Source: a virus
Taxonomy: Duplodnaviria; Heunggongvirae; Uroviricota; Caudoviricetes
Strand: one strand, 5' to 3'
Length of the DNA: 53,171 nt
IMG/VR virus record: IMGVR_UViG_2721755711_000003
Coordinates: 1-53,171 of that record
Numbering within the stretch: the stretch's first letter is position 1; each line of letters begins with the position of its first letter. Positions 1 through 10,015 of the stretch are shown one piece after another. A model generated the notes under the pieces. That model was not told the DNA's origin and did not search any database. It saw only the letters and a list, made by a program, of their open reading frames with translations. The position numbers and the translations under genes were made by a program.

Positions 1-1236
1 CTACGATAACCGCGCATTCAACATGGCTACCTGTTCGTCGTTCATGTCATCAATCCACATACCGTAAATTTCATACACCATCTGCGCAGTTTCATGCCCC
101 ATCTGGCTGGCTATAAATGCCGGGTTCGCTCCTGCCGTCAACAGCCAGCAGGCAAAAGTATGCCGCGTATGGTACGGATTACGGCGGCGAATACCAGCAC
201 GTTTTACTGCTGCATTCCACCTTGCCCCCAAACTGCTTACCGAGTAATAAGGTTTCTGTTTTCCGTTACACATCCTGGGCATGAAAACAAAATGCAGTTT
301 TTGCTTTTCGGTTCTGCCGTACTCCCTATGATAAAAGGTGATTTCGCTTTTGCGATGATGTCCGGTCAGTTTGTATTGCTCCTTCAGTGCTTCAAGAGCA
401 GGCTGCAGTAGTGTTACTGTCCGGATCCCGGCATTTGTTTTTGGGGGACCGAACATATCAAGTATCGTCAGGTTTCTTCTGACATTCACAATTCCCTTCT
501 CGAGATCCACATCCTCCCACGCCAGAGCTGCCAGTTCCCCGTGACGAAGTCCTGAGTAAACGGCAAATTTCCACAAGTTCTGGCTCTGTCCTTTTTCACT
601 TTCCATTAATGCATTGAATTCTGTTTTAGATAACGGGTCAGGCTTTATTCTGTTTCGCTGTAATTTTTTTACTCCTTCAAATGGTTTGGTTGATATAAAT
701 CCCGACTGATACGCAAAACGTAACAACGAACAGAGTAGGGCGATATAGTTATCAACTGTGCGTACGGTTCTTCCTTTTTTGTTGGATCTTGGATTATCCA
801 GGTAAAGCGTTTCTCCATGCAGCAGTTCATTCCGGTAGTTTAAGATATCGCTATAACGAATATGCGATATCGGGGTACTCTCACAAATTATTATCTTGAG
901 TGTTTTTAATTGTGATTTCGTTTTCTTCATTGTGTTTGTTGTTAACTCTGTCTCTTTAATTTTTGTCCAGATATCACAAAGCTCCCCGAACGTTTTTATG
1001 ACCCTAGTTGTCACCATTTTTGCTCCAGTGCTGGACTGGGGGAAACGTCTTAAATACTCAAATTCACCGGAATTGATTTCATGAACTATCAACGCTCTTA
1101 AATTCCCGGCTTTTTTAATGTTACTGTTAGTAACCTCCCAGCCTTTCAATGTTTCCCGGCATCGTTTTCCTCGAAACATGAACCAGATGCGAATGTATTT
1201 ACCTCGAATCTCGACACCTGTTGGTAATTTAGACAT
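1..1236 (-). CDS. int: phage integrase (tyrosine recombinase family)
   Basis: 411-aa minus-strand ORF ending at the window edge; sequence character and position next to an excisionase-like ORF match Rac/lambdoid integrases. attL would lie outside the window. Confidence 0.8.
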   Translation of the reverse strand: MSKLPTGVEIRGKYIRIWFMFRGKRCRETLKGWEVTNSNIKKAGNLRALIVHEINSGEFEYLRRFPQSSTGAKMVTTRVIKTFGELCDIWTKIKETELTTNTMKKTKSQLKTLKIIICESTPISHIRYSDILNYRNELLHGETLYLDNPRSNKKGRTVRTVDNYIALLCSLLRFAYQSGFISTKPFEGVKKLQRNRIKPDPLSKTEFNALMESEKGQSQNLWKFAVYSGLRHGELAALAWEDVDLEKGIVNVRRNLTILDMFGPPKTNAGIRTVTLLQPALEALKEQYKLTGHHRKSEITFYHREYGRTEKQKLHFVFMPRMCNGKQKPYYSVSSLGARWNAAVKRAGIRRRNPYHTRHTFACWLLTAGANPAFIASQMGHETAQMVYEIYGMWIDDMNDEQVAMLNARLS

Positions 1237-1237
1237 A

Positions 1238-1453
1238 TCATGAGTCTTTGATAAACTGATTTATCTTTGGATAGTTGTACCAGATAATCCCTCGCTTACT
1301 GTCTGGCTTCCCTAAAGGAGATACTCGTTTGAAGTGGAAGCCTTCCACCCAACAGTTCTGGCGGTATGCTTCAATTTGTCTGGCCCCCAGACCAGTACGA
1401 AGCATCAGGCCGTATTCAACCATCCACTCTTCATTAAAAATCACTTGTGCCAT
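1238..1453 (-). CDS. excisionase-like protein (YdaQ/Xis-like)
   Basis: Small ORF directly upstream of int. Start chosen at the internal Met (MAQVIF...) preceded by GAGGTG 6 nt upstream, giving 71 aa. Confidence 0.55.
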   Translation of the reverse strand: MAQVIFNEEWMVEYGLMLRTGLGARQIEAYRQNCWVEGFHFKRVSPLGKPDSKRGIIWYNYPKINQFIKDS

Positions 1454-1552
1454 CGCATCACCTCTGGCGGGCGACAATATTAGACTGAAATTGACGCCCG
1501 ACGTTGATTATTAATAATCAGCTATGAAGTTTTAATTTGAATACAATGCAAT

Positions 1553-1741
1553 TCACGAGGACTGAAGTTTCTCGCAATTAAAATTTATCAGTTTTACTTT
1601 CTGCTCTCTGGAAACGCCTGCTTCTTTTTTACCTGAGAGCATTTTTTCGCATTCTGATTTCGTTAGTTTAGATTTTGAATATCTTGTCCAGTTAGTAGGA
1701 GTGCCACCTTCCTTTTCAATAGTGGCGGTAATTTTATACAT
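1553..1741 (-). CDS. small hypothetical protein (YdaC-like position)
   Basis: Internal ATG at 1741 preceded by GGAGG; the longer 86-aa ORF overlaps lar by 80 nt, so the short form (62 aa) is preferred. Confidence 0.4.
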   Translation of the reverse strand: MYKITATIEKEGGTPTNWTRYSKSKLTKSECEKMLSGKKEAGVSREQKVKLINFNCEKLQSS

Positions 1742-1928
1742 GAACACCTCCATTATTATTTCCAGTGGTTCGTTTATTCCATCTTTCGAGTGCTTCTTTT
1801 TCACTTCCACCATAACCGGTTCGGGATTCGCATCCGTTACACTTCGCTCGGTAATATCCTGAAATGGCTTTCACCGTTACTGATGGACAACCACAAAACG
1901 GACATGGTTTGACTTTTTCATACCGCAT
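1734..1928 (-). CDS. lar: Lar-family restriction alleviation protein
   Basis: About 64 aa with a PCPFCG...CNGC zinc-ribbon motif typical of Lar/RalR; located between xis-like genes and the recombinase as in Rac. Confidence 0.6.
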   Translation of the reverse strand: MRYEKVKPCPFCGCPSVTVKAISGYYRAKCNGCESRTGYGGSEKEALERWNKRTTGNNNGGVHV

Positions 1929-1991
1929 TGTCTTTTCTCTCATAAAATAAAGTTTTGTTATGGCGGTGAGGCTACACCGCCATAGTAAATA

Positions 1992-3095
1992 TCAGGAGCC
2001 GATATATTCTGGTTTCATATCTGTCAGTGTCGTTTTATACGCCTCATATAATTCTCCCAGATGTGGTCGTGCAGCATTCAGCGTATTTTCCAGAGCAATA
2101 AATTTTTGTTCTGCTTCTGGATCACCTGATGAAGGCAGGTCATTTATCATCTTCTCGATACTGGCAATAGCATTGAGACGGTGATGACGCCGAACCACTT
2201 TTCCTTTAAGCTCGGCAAAGAATTCGCCGATCTGGTTTTTCTGATCCTCTATCTCTTGGCGTAATGCAGTGGTTTCCTCAGTCGTTGCCGCGCTTTCGAC
2301 ACGCTGCCGGAATTCATCAATCCACGCTTCGTCAATACGCTGTTCGATGGTTTTTGTTCGCTGCTCGCTTACCTCGCTATAATTCTGTACCGGCACAGGA
2401 TTGATGATTTTTTCCTGTGGCTCTTCCAGTTCGTCTGGGGTATACACGCCCAGGATGACGTCAGGACAATAAAGGCGAGCCCAGTATTTCAACGCCAGAT
2501 AGGCGAGCTGTTGTTTCGGGTTTGAGGTCCATAAAGGAGAATTACGCGTAATCACGCTGGAAAGAAACACCGGTTCTCCCCAGGTAATCTCACTTTCACC
2601 GCGAAGAACTGCACCAACTCGAACTGAGAGACCATACTCATCTTCACTGGTCCAACATGGGATCGTTTCTTTTTTCTCATAGATTCCGCCTCCTTTGGCC
2701 GTTTTCTTAACGGTCTCCACTCGGGTGCGAGAGCATTTCTCCCAGTCTCCCTCGTACTTGTAATGGAAGCGGCCTACAATTGCACTTGAGCTAGAGATCA
2801 CAGCGTTAACCAGTTGTGCTTCATAACCCAGAACTCCGTTTACCAGGTGTGTTTTCTGAGCCACAGCGTAGGGGTTCATGCCCCATTGCATGGCTTGCAT
2901 GATGATTGCCATGCAGTCGGCATGATTTCCGCGAAGGTGATCGGGAACTGTGACGGTGGCCTGTGACATCAACCCGGCTACTGCCTGAAGTTGCGTCAAC
3001 GCCTGAACGTTAAAAATAGTGTTACTGGCAGAAATGGTATTTGGTGTCTGCTCTGTCGTGATGATATTGGTATTTTGCATGGTCAGGTTCTCCAT
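1992..3095 (-). CDS. single-strand annealing recombinase (RecT/Bet-like)
   Basis: 367-aa ORF directly downstream of, and 1 nt overlapping, the RecE-like exonuclease gene; acidic C-terminal tail. Assignment rests on synteny; it does not match my recollection of K-12 RecT. Confidence 0.5.
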   Translation of the reverse strand: MENLTMQNTNIITTEQTPNTISASNTIFNVQALTQLQAVAGLMSQATVTVPDHLRGNHADCMAIIMQAMQWGMNPYAVAQKTHLVNGVLGYEAQLVNAVISSSSAIVGRFHYKYEGDWEKCSRTRVETVKKTAKGGGIYEKKETIPCWTSEDEYGLSVRVGAVLRGESEITWGEPVFLSSVITRNSPLWTSNPKQQLAYLALKYWARLYCPDVILGVYTPDELEEPQEKIINPVPVQNYSEVSEQRTKTIEQRIDEAWIDEFRQRVESAATTEETTALRQEIEDQKNQIGEFFAELKGKVVRRHHRLNAIASIEKMINDLPSSGDPEAEQKFIALENTLNAARPHLGELYEAYKTTLTDMKPEYIGS

Positions 3096-6000
3096 TAAGC
3101 CAGATGCAGTGCTTCAAGACGACGAAGATCAAAGTCGTTTAATTCGTCGGTATAACTTTCGGTAATCGGTGCTGGCCAGTTGTTTGTCTCTAGGGCTTCG
3201 TTTATCTGGCGTAGCGTCCGGCGATATTCCTGTCGACCAAGTTCCAGGAGTTCCTGCGAGGCTTCCACGACAGCCACCCAGTGATAGCCAGCATCTTTGT
3301 TGACGAAGATCCAGAAAAATTTGTCCAGGTTTGCCACATCGCAATACATTGCGGCGCTGAGGTGATAATCACGCTCAATAATTTCACGGTGCAGGCGATC
3401 TTTAAGTCGTTCCTGCCGCACATAACCGAGGCTGACTGACTTCACGTCAGCGCAAATGCTTTCGTATGGCAGCCGGATTTCGATATCAGGACGGACCCTG
3501 ATTTCCAGCCCGGTTTCTTCATCAAACCCGAAATAGCTGATTTCAGATTTCCGATCCGGGTGGTTGAGTAGCCTTGCTGCATCGGTATTGTTTTGCAGTG
3601 CCGCGTGAATATTTTTTGCCTGTTCATACATATCCGGACTGATAAACGTTTTCCCGGCGTTTTCTTCTTGCTGGCGTTTTTGCCAGTCCTCCAGTGTCAC
3701 CAGTTCCGGGCGAATTTTCCGGGCGATTTCGGTTAATTGCTCTTTTGTGCCACTGATGTTGTAAGGCAAAGATTTAGCACGTTCTTTTTTTGCCAGTTCT
3801 GGGTCTACAGTTTCAATTTGATCCAGAAGCTGCTCCCGTGCTCCACTGGTTTTCAACAGAGGAGGGAGGCTTGCGTTGTATTCTTTAATACAGGCTTTCA
3901 TTGCTGATGCTGTATGTTTTTCCCCCTCAGGAATACGCCGAAATTCCACCGGAAGCGAACCGTAAAGGATGCCTGTTTCTTCGGCCCCAGCACTTACAGA
4001 TAGTGGCTGTATAAGAGTGCTGTTGTAGCTTTCGATCCACTCTTTCATCTGCTCTGGTGTCATCAGTGCTGGCAGACTGGCATTGTGTTTTTTAATGATG
4101 GCGATCAGTTCGTTAGAAGTAGTAACCACATATTCAGGAACCGGTACCGGAATGGCATATTCATCAGCGAATTTATCCGTTTCCAGAACATAGCTGTGAA
4201 TGATCCGCCCACGCAGCAGTGCATCACTTTCCTCGTTCGGAATAGTTCCGGCAATGTGCCGCCCGTGGTAATACATCAGGCTGATACGGGCATCCTTCAG
4301 CATCGTGCTGCTTATTCCGTTGGCGGAGTGATAAACCTCGTTCGGGAGGTTTTCATAGCGGCCTGGCTCGAAATATGACGGCCACATGATTTCAGTTGCT
4401 ACAGGAGCTGACGCTTTGCCAGTTTCATCACTGCAATCGCGATGCGGATCGCTGCCAGCATTCTCATTGTGCGGATGTTCAGCGCCTTCCATTTCCTCCG
4501 GATCTTTTTCCTTAGCTTCAACCTGATTCTCTTCAACGAATGTTTCCTGGTATGTTGCGTCGCCCATCACCGCACCACAGTCAGGGCAGTTATCCCCGCC
4601 AGTCTGACCGCAGGCATTGCAGACTATTTCCGGTTCCTGTTGCACTACTGGCTCAGGTTGTTTCGCATCCGGGCTGATTTTTTCCGTTTCTGGCTGGTTC
4701 TGGTACACAGAATCGCGAGTCTGGATCCCCTTAACCCATTTCGGATCGTTCGGGTCGCTAATTCCGTCAACAAATTCACCACGTGATGCAGCAAGCAATT
4801 TATCGGCATCGACAGGATTTTTTGATGGAATGTTTTTCCGGGCTTCATGGAGTTCTGCCCGCAGTTCCTGATATTTCGCATCAACAGAATTTACCTGTGA
4901 CTGAGCATCCAGCGGCTGCGTGTTCTGATGATGTTCAGTTGCATTCGGTTCCACTGTTTCAGCCGTTGCCTGTTCATCTGCCATTGCGCCAGATGGTTGT
5001 GGTTTTTCTTCATCGTCCTGTTTTCCTTCTTCTGTTACTCGCTGCGGCATCGGGGCCGAGGAGCGACCGCAGGCAATATCCACGATTTCCGGATCAGGGT
5101 TGGCATGATCGGTTTCAGTCAGTACTTTGTTCAGATATTCAGTGACGTGTGCGGGGATGACCTCGATCCCAATTGGTGCTTCTTTCACGGACGCAACCAC
5201 GATGGCGCGGGAATAATCCAGCCCGCCAGGCATGGTGATGAATTTGTCGCGGAAAACAGAAAAGGGTGGTTTATTTTCAGCGATAATTTCCTCAATGCGT
5301 TTAGCGTGTGCCGGATGAAGGTTATAGATGTCCACGTCCATTGAACGGGCCAGTACGCCAGTGGCTACATCGCGCGCCAGTGACGTCAGATCGTGGACGA
5401 AACCTTCGCCGCGATCTGTGAGGTTCCCGCCGCCAGCATTAGCACCGGAAGCCGTGCGAGTGATGCGTGAAACACGATTCCCTTTTCGCCATTCTTTTGT
5501 CAGAAGACCGCGATCAATGTGTTCGGTATCCAGCCAGGCTGAAATGAAATTCTTAAATTCATAGGGCTGATGTTTTTTAGTGATAGAGAAAACTGCCTTA
5601 ATTGCATCAGTCAAGCGGAGCAGGGCGGCATTATCCAGAGTTGTCGGTTCTGCCATGCTGCGTATGGCCAACAGCAGATTCTGGACATAGCTGTTTTCCT
5701 GATCCATCTCAAGAGCAGTAATGTGTTCGCGTTGTTCTCGGGTGGCATGATGCAGGTATTTCCGATCCCCGGCCGCATACGTAAAAATGTGCAGAAGACG
5801 CTGTGTGAACCGCAAAGTGGCTACAGAGACTTCGCAATCCTGGCAATCCTCGTGGGCGTCTGCCTGCGCGTTTTCTTCCTGGCCTCCCGCCAGTTCTTTG
5901 GTTTCTTGAGCATTATCCTGGTGGTGAACGTCGTCTGGCGCTGCTCCCGGTTTTAGTTCCCATGTCATGGAGTCTTTGCTGAGTTGATAGCGTTCACTCC

Positions 6001-6220
6001 AGGTAAAATCGATCTCACCTTCAGGGGGAAGGTCATTAACAACAGGAAAATTTGTGGCAACAGCTTTAAAATAGTTGCTCAGTTTTTTACCTGACTTAAC
6101 GAGCAGATAGTCCAGAGTGGCACAGGTCGATTCAAAATCGTCACTTGCCCACAGGACGACGTCAGGTTCACCGGATGATTTTTTCGCTTTTCGTAACAGG
6201 AAGAGTGGTTTTGTGCTCAT
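3095..6220 (-). CDS. recE: exodeoxyribonuclease VIII-like (RecE-like) exonuclease
   Basis: 1041-aa ORF with a long acidic low-complexity middle region and a C-terminal nuclease-like domain; translationally coupled to the downstream recombinase. Confidence 0.6.
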   Translation of the reverse strand: MSTKPLFLLRKAKKSSGEPDVVLWASDDFESTCATLDYLLVKSGKKLSNYFKAVATNFPVVNDLPPEGEIDFTWSERYQLSKDSMTWELKPGAAPDDVHHQDNAQETKELAGGQEENAQADAHEDCQDCEVSVATLRFTQRLLHIFTYAAGDRKYLHHATREQREHITALEMDQENSYVQNLLLAIRSMAEPTTLDNAALLRLTDAIKAVFSITKKHQPYEFKNFISAWLDTEHIDRGLLTKEWRKGNRVSRITRTASGANAGGGNLTDRGEGFVHDLTSLARDVATGVLARSMDVDIYNLHPAHAKRIEEIIAENKPPFSVFRDKFITMPGGLDYSRAIVVASVKEAPIGIEVIPAHVTEYLNKVLTETDHANPDPEIVDIACGRSSAPMPQRVTEEGKQDDEEKPQPSGAMADEQATAETVEPNATEHHQNTQPLDAQSQVNSVDAKYQELRAELHEARKNIPSKNPVDADKLLAASRGEFVDGISDPNDPKWVKGIQTRDSVYQNQPETEKISPDAKQPEPVVQQEPEIVCNACGQTGGDNCPDCGAVMGDATYQETFVEENQVEAKEKDPEEMEGAEHPHNENAGSDPHRDCSDETGKASAPVATEIMWPSYFEPGRYENLPNEVYHSANGISSTMLKDARISLMYYHGRHIAGTIPNEESDALLRGRIIHSYVLETDKFADEYAIPVPVPEYVVTTSNELIAIIKKHNASLPALMTPEQMKEWIESYNSTLIQPLSVSAGAEETGILYGSLPVEFRRIPEGEKHTASAMKACIKEYNASLPPLLKTSGAREQLLDQIETVDPELAKKERAKSLPYNISGTKEQLTEIARKIRPELVTLEDWQKRQQEENAGKTFISPDMYEQAKNIHAALQNNTDAARLLNHPDRKSEISYFGFDEETGLEIRVRPDIEIRLPYESICADVKSVSLGYVRQERLKDRLHREIIERDYHLSAAMYCDVANLDKFFWIFVNKDAGYHWVAVVEASQELLELGRQEYRRTLRQINEALETNNWPAPITESYTDELNDFDLRRLEALHLA

Positions 6221-6318
6221 TGTTTTTTAACCTCAACTCAGATTAAAATTACTGCGAGTGATGAATAAATGTCCCAGGTTCTTCACTCAGGCCTGCACGT
6301 TATGCAGGCTTTCTTTTT

Positions 6319-6594
6319 TCAGATTTCACCTTTTAATTTCATTGCAATCAGAGTTGCCAGAAATCCGGCTTTTTTTTCTGCGGGCAGATTCTTTCCGATG
6401 TGAACCAGGCTCATTTTTGTGACACCTTCATCAAGTGTTTTTACGTTGCCTGATGGGCCGTCGATATCAACCACAGTGAATGGGGTTTCTTTATTTTCTG
6501 TTTTAATCACGTAGCCAATACGCTTTCCTTCCAGATTAACCTCGTGAACAATGTCATCAGTAGTTACAACAGTGGCTTCATAACTGGTAATCAT
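6319..6594 (-). CDS. racC: RacC-like small protein
   Basis: Internal start MITSYEAT with AAGGAGA 6 nt upstream gives 91 aa; Rac-like position after recE. Confidence 0.45.
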   Translation of the reverse strand: MITSYEATVVTTDDIVHEVNLEGKRIGYVIKTENKETPFTVVDIDGPSGNVKTLDEGVTKMSLVHIGKNLPAEKKAGFLATLIAMKLKGEI

Positions 6595-6668
6595 GTTTTT
6601 CTCCTTAATTAAGGTTGAGCGAATCCCTGCCATTGCTGGCATAAATTCAGTTTCGCATAGTCAGTTAA

Positions 6669-6845
6669 TTAAAGTTCGTGTGCCATCTGGTCTTTTTCGG
6701 CACAACTTTCACTACAATATTTTTTCATTTCCGTCGTTGGGATAACTCCACGCATGAAATGAAGTGGTCTTTTAATACTTTTGCTTTCTTCAATTTCTTT
6801 ATTGCAAAGGTGGTAAGCACATTTTATTTTCTTAGTCATCACCAT
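6669..6845 (-). CDS. ydaE: small Cys4 zinc-binding protein (YdaE-like)
   Basis: 58-aa ORF below the track threshold, translated by hand ([17 protein letters not shown]...[18 protein letters not shown]); four Cys in two pairs; start overlaps the kilR-like stop. Confidence 0.4.
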   Translation of the reverse strand: MVMTKKIKCAYHLCNKEIEESKSIKRPLHFMRGVIPTTEMKKYCSESCAEKDQMAHEL

Positions 6846-7060
6846 GACTCCGCCTTTACAGGTAAACCATCACGACCGAGGAAGACTTTAATCATGCAGT
6901 CAGTAATGCATGTTTTTGTGGTCAGGTTACGAATATAAAGTTTTCGCTTTTTAATATTGTTTGCCGAGGCGATATATGTCCGACCTTCATGAAGAACATA
7001 ATCGCCAGGGGTCACACACTGACGTGGTATTTCATCAGTTCCGAAGTGATGAGCAATCAT
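6839..7060 (-). CDS. kilR: KilR-like host-killing / division-inhibitor protein
   Basis: Start at the internal Met (MIAHHFGTD...) with GGAGA 5 nt upstream gives 73 aa; Rac-like position. Confidence 0.45.
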   Translation of the reverse strand: MIAHHFGTDEIPRQCVTPGDYVLHEGRTYIASANNIKKRKLYIRNLTTKTCITDCMIKVFLGRDGLPVKAESW

Positions 7061-7484
7061 AATTATCTCCATTTTTACAAATGAATTTTGTCGATGCGGT
7101 GCCTGGTGCCTCCAGGTGACGTTAACCAGTTAACAATTAACGCCGGATATTTCACCCATAACTCTGCTACGAAGGACAATAGCTTTTTAACTGTTCCGCG
7201 TGCGCTTAGCCGCATTCACCGCATCACAAAATTCACTTTAAAAAGGGCGGACATCAGTCGAACTTCAAGAAAAAACTGATGCCGCCAAGACTACACACAG
7301 CAGTGTTGTTATTCACAACCGGAGGCGCACTCCCACCATTTAAATTTAACAGACAAGACCGACTCTTTATGGATATCGGAAATGCGCCTTCGTGTTGTGC
7401 CCGGTTTTATTTCACCACCTCCGGGCTTTGGTGGCCTCGGCTATACCCCTACAGCGAGAATATTGAATTAATCCAAATAATGGA

Positions 7485-7637
7485 TTAGCAAGTATTTCTG
7501 GCAAGCCAGCGACGTGCGCCCGTTTCAGTTTTGAATGTCTTGCTTTTGGTATAAGTCATGGCGGTGAACGTTCCATCCTGGTTGGGGAACACGCCACACA
7601 CCAGGGATTCGTTGTTGCCGAGGTCGATTTTTTGCAT
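7485..7637 (-). CDS. ydaF: small protein YdaF-like
   Basis: 50-aa ORF translated by hand (MQKIDLGNNESLVCGVFPNQDGTFTAMTYTKSK...); below the track threshold. Confidence 0.4.
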   Translation of the reverse strand: MQKIDLGNNESLVCGVFPNQDGTFTAMTYTKSKTFKTETGARRWLARNTC

Positions 7638-7647
7638 TTTTCGCACC

Positions 7648-7782
7648 TCACATTTTGTTGTTGCGGATAGAGGCTTCTGCCTGCCAGAGATCCCAGTCGT
7701 TGCTGCGTAGAGCCTGTACAGCCTGGCTGTAAGTGATACCGCAACAATCCATCAAATACTGAACTACTTCGTAATGCACCAT
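7648..7782 (-). CDS. ydaG: small protein YdaG-like
   Basis: 44-aa ORF translated by hand (MVHYEVVQYLMDCCGITYSQAVQALRSNDWDLWQ...) with GGGAGAGATAAA immediately before the ATG. Confidence 0.4.
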   Translation of the reverse strand: MVHYEVVQYLMDCCGITYSQAVQALRSNDWDLWQAEASIRNNKM

Positions 7783-7974
7783 TTTATCTCTCCCTTTAAC
7801 GCCGGGTTGCGGAACTAAAACCTACAGCGCCGTGCTGTTCTTGATAGAAATATTAGTAACGCGGATATTTTAAGTCAACAGTATGGCGTATAATATTTTT
7901 GATTTGGTAACTATGTAAATGTTTTTTCAAGGGAAAAATATTAGTTATACAGCTGATTTGCAGAAGTTATGGCA

Positions 7975-8007
7975 CAAAAAAAACCGACTAAGACGTCGGT
8001 TTTTTTG
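7975..8007. terminator. bidirectional rho-independent terminator
   Basis: A-run, ACCGAC / GTCGGT stem with a 6-nt loop, then T-run; lies just downstream of the racR-like gene. Confidence 0.55.
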
Positions 8008-8032
8008 TTGTGGATGGGGTAGTGAGCGGTGG

Positions 8033-8494
8033 CTACTGGTTACGTTTCTTTAGTGCCAGCATGTTCTCGAAGGCTTCCTCGTAGAGCTTGTTTAGTCCAC
8101 GTAGCTGGTTAAGGAGTTTGGCTTTTTCTGACGCAGGTAGAATCTCGAAGAGGTTAAGCAACTCTGCCTGTTCTTCATTGACCAGCCTCCATCCTTTGCC
8201 TGAAAAGCTATCATCATAAGTATCTGATGATCTTACATAATTCATTAAGTCTTTAAGGTCTTCTCGAATGTCCTCTGGTTTTACCTTTAACAGAGCCGCA
8301 AATTTTAGCGCAGCATCGGTATTTACCGGTATCTTGCCGTTCAGATACTGGCTAACGGTGCCTTGAGATTCGAATCCCAACAACTCAGCCGCCAGCTCTT
8401 GAGTCAGCTTCAGCTCTTTTTTTCTTGCATTCCATGCGGCTTTTAAATTCTTGCTCGCTTCTGGAGTTGCAATCACTTCGCGTGTTTTTTTCAT
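8033..8494 (-). CDS. racR: prophage repressor, RacR-like (HTH)
   Basis: 153-aa ORF with an N-terminal HTH-like segment (LTQELAAELLGFESQGTVSQYLNGK); divergent from the Cro-like ydaS. Confidence 0.65.
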   Translation of the reverse strand: MKKTREVIATPEASKNLKAAWNARKKELKLTQELAAELLGFESQGTVSQYLNGKIPVNTDAALKFAALLKVKPEDIREDLKDLMNYVRSSDTYDDSFSGKGWRLVNEEQAELLNLFEILPASEKAKLLNQLRGLNKLYEEAFENMLALKKRNQ

Positions 8495-8601
8495 ACATAG
8501 AGTTTATTTGTTTTACCAATATTATCAAAGATAGTTTGACTATTGATCTTTAAAATTAGTGGGGCTAATATTTGCTCGAGGCATAACGTAGAAGGTTGGC
8601 T
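8495..8601. promoter_or_regulatory. divergent promoter/operator region between racR and ydaS
   Basis: 107-bp AT-rich intergenic region between divergent regulator genes, with inverted AAAGAT-core motifs (TATCAAAGATA ... TTGATCTTTAA). Confidence 0.4.
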
Positions 8602-8877
8602 ATGAACTTAAGAGACTATTTAAAAGAGAAACATATCACCCAGCTACAGTTTGGGAAGCTAACGGGTTTATCTCAGGTGCACGTAAGTCGAGTGCTGGGG
8701 GGCTATGAAAGATTCAGCCCTGAAAAAGCATTACGTGTTGCTGAAGTAACGAATTTCGAGGTTACACCTCATGAACTCCGGCCTGATATCTACCCGAATC
8801 CAACCGACGGTTTACCTGTTGGATGTAAGGCTAACACACAAAATACACAGGAGTTGATTCATGAAAATCAGGCATGA
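8602..8877 (+). CDS. ydaS: Cro-like HTH regulator, YdaS-like
   Basis: ATG at 8602 with GAAGG upstream (the track ORF begins at a TTG); HTH-like segment ITQLQFGKLTGLSQVHVSRVL. Confidence 0.55.
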   Translation: MNLRDYLKEKHITQLQFGKLTGLSQVHVSRVLGGYERFSPEKALRVAEVTNFEVTPHELRPDIYPNPTDGLPVGCKANTQNTQELIHENQA

Positions 8878-9283
8878 GCACATCGAATCAGTGCTGTTAG
8901 CCCTGGCAGCCGAAAAAGGGCAGGCGTGGGTCGCTAACGCAATTACTGAAGAATATCTGCGCCAGGGGGGAGGTGAATTGTCTCTGACACCAGGCAAGGA
9001 CTGGAACAATCAGCAGAACATCTATCGCCGTTGGTTAAAAGGTGAAACGGAAGCGCAAAGGGAAAAAATTCAGAAGCTGATCCCAGCAATTCTGGCAATC
9101 CTTCCGCGGGAGCTGCGTCACCGACTCTGCATCTTCGATACCCTGGAACGCCGTGCATTACTGGCGGCGCAGGAAGCGTTGAGTACGGCAATTGATGCGC
9201 ATGATGACGCAGTCCAGGCCGTTTACCGTAAAGCGCATTTCGGCGGTGGTGGAGCGTCCGACGATTCTGTTGTAGTGCATTGA
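8861..9283 (+). CDS. ydaT: YdaT-like protein (proposed toxin partner of YdaS)
   Basis: 140-aa ORF overlapping the ydaS 3' end by 17 nt, GGAG before the ATG; matches the Rac ydaT position. Confidence 0.5.
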   Translation: MKIRHEHIESVLLALAAEKGQAWVANAITEEYLRQGGGELSLTPGKDWNNQQNIYRRWLKGETEAQREKIQKLIPAILAILPRELRHRLCIFDTLERRALLAAQEALSTAIDAHDDAVQAVYRKAHFGGGGASDDSVVVH

Positions 9284-9302
9284 TTGAATAGGGTATCCAA
9301 TA

Positions 9303-9716
9303 ATGAAAATCAAACCGTACATAAATGCCGGAAATCTTACTCCCGGCGAACTACGAGACTGGATCCTGAAACTTGCAAAAAATGCAGAAATTGCGGGTTG
9401 GGGTACAGAAACTTCGGTTCGGAAGCTTCAGAGCGCAGAACTTAGCCTGCGCTCAGTTATGGACGATTTATCCCCAAGAATTAATTTTCTGGGGTCAGAG
9501 CAAATAATTCGTTCGGAAGGTCACTCCAGCGAAGTTGCGGAAGTTCTGAATACTCTGAGGGTAACTTTTGCTGCCGTTCGCGATATTCAACGAACCATTC
9601 TCTCATTGATTTCTCAGCTTCAAGAAATTGATAGTCGCATTCCTGACGGGGGTCATAGAGAGCGTCTTCCAGAATGTGAAGAGCAAGGACAGGGGAAACA
9701 GATAAGGGATCAGTAA
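9303..9716 (+). CDS. hypothetical protein (uncertain; overlaps a convergent ORF)
   Basis: 137-aa ORF, weak ribosome-binding site; overlaps the minus-strand ORF 9481-9936 by 236 nt, so at most one of the two is likely fully real. Confidence 0.3.
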   Translation: MKIKPYINAGNLTPGELRDWILKLAKNAEIAGWGTETSVRKLQSAELSLRSVMDDLSPRINFLGSEQIIRSEGHSSEVAEVLNTLRVTFAAVRDIQRTILSLISQLQEIDSRIPDGGHRERLPECEEQGQGKQIRDQ

Positions 9717-9936
9717 TACGTTTTTCACTTGCCTGGTATAGCAATCTCGCCAGCGAATCATAGCTACTGGGGCTCAGGAGAGAATCCCGTGAGTGATTTG
9801 TAAGAATCAGGTGGAAGCGGGTGAGAACTATAGCCCTGCATGTTACCAGGTTAACCATGTCGTGGTCGTGCTGGTTAATTTTGTACACAGTGCGCATGTG
9901 ATTTTTAATTTTTTGGCAAACAGCCATTAAAGACAT
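9481..9936 (-). CDS. hypothetical protein, opposite in orientation to the early operon
   Basis: 151-aa ORF with AAGGAGG 6 nt upstream of its ATG (reverse complement of 9937-9950). Confidence 0.4.
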   Translation of the reverse strand: MSLMAVCQKIKNHMRTVYKINQHDHDMVNLVTCRAIVLTRFHLILTNHSRDSLLSPSSYDSLARLLYQASEKRITDPLSVSPVLALHILEDALYDPRQECDYQFLEAEKSMREWFVEYRERQQKLPSEYSELPQLRWSDLPNELFALTPEN

Positions 9937-10015
9937 GTCGAACCTCCTTTGGTTCTGTTGATTGGGGAATCACAGATTATATCCGGAGGAAGGTTCGACA
10001 CCAGATGAGGCAATT

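Noticed and set aside
4085-5956. Several plus-strand ORFs of 78-138 aa inside the recE-like gene
   Set aside because: They are antisense shadows of the 1041-aa minus-strand ORF, with low-complexity, Cys/Phe/Leu-rich translations and no ribosome-binding sites.
6290-6318. Hairpin plus T-run just downstream of the racC-like gene
   Set aside because: On the minus (coding) strand the T-run precedes rather than follows the stem, so it is not an intrinsic terminator for the racC operon; it could only terminate an antisense transcript, for which there is no other evidence.
7088-7747. ORFs 7088-7279, 7279-7488 (plus) and 7556-7747 (minus)
   Set aside because: Non-protein-like translations; the minus-strand one is out of frame across the hand-identified ydaF/ydaG-like genes, which have proper start signals.
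8812-9191. Minus-strand ORFs antisense to ydaS/ydaT
   Set aside because: Shadow ORFs within a well-supported plus-strand gene pair; no start signals.
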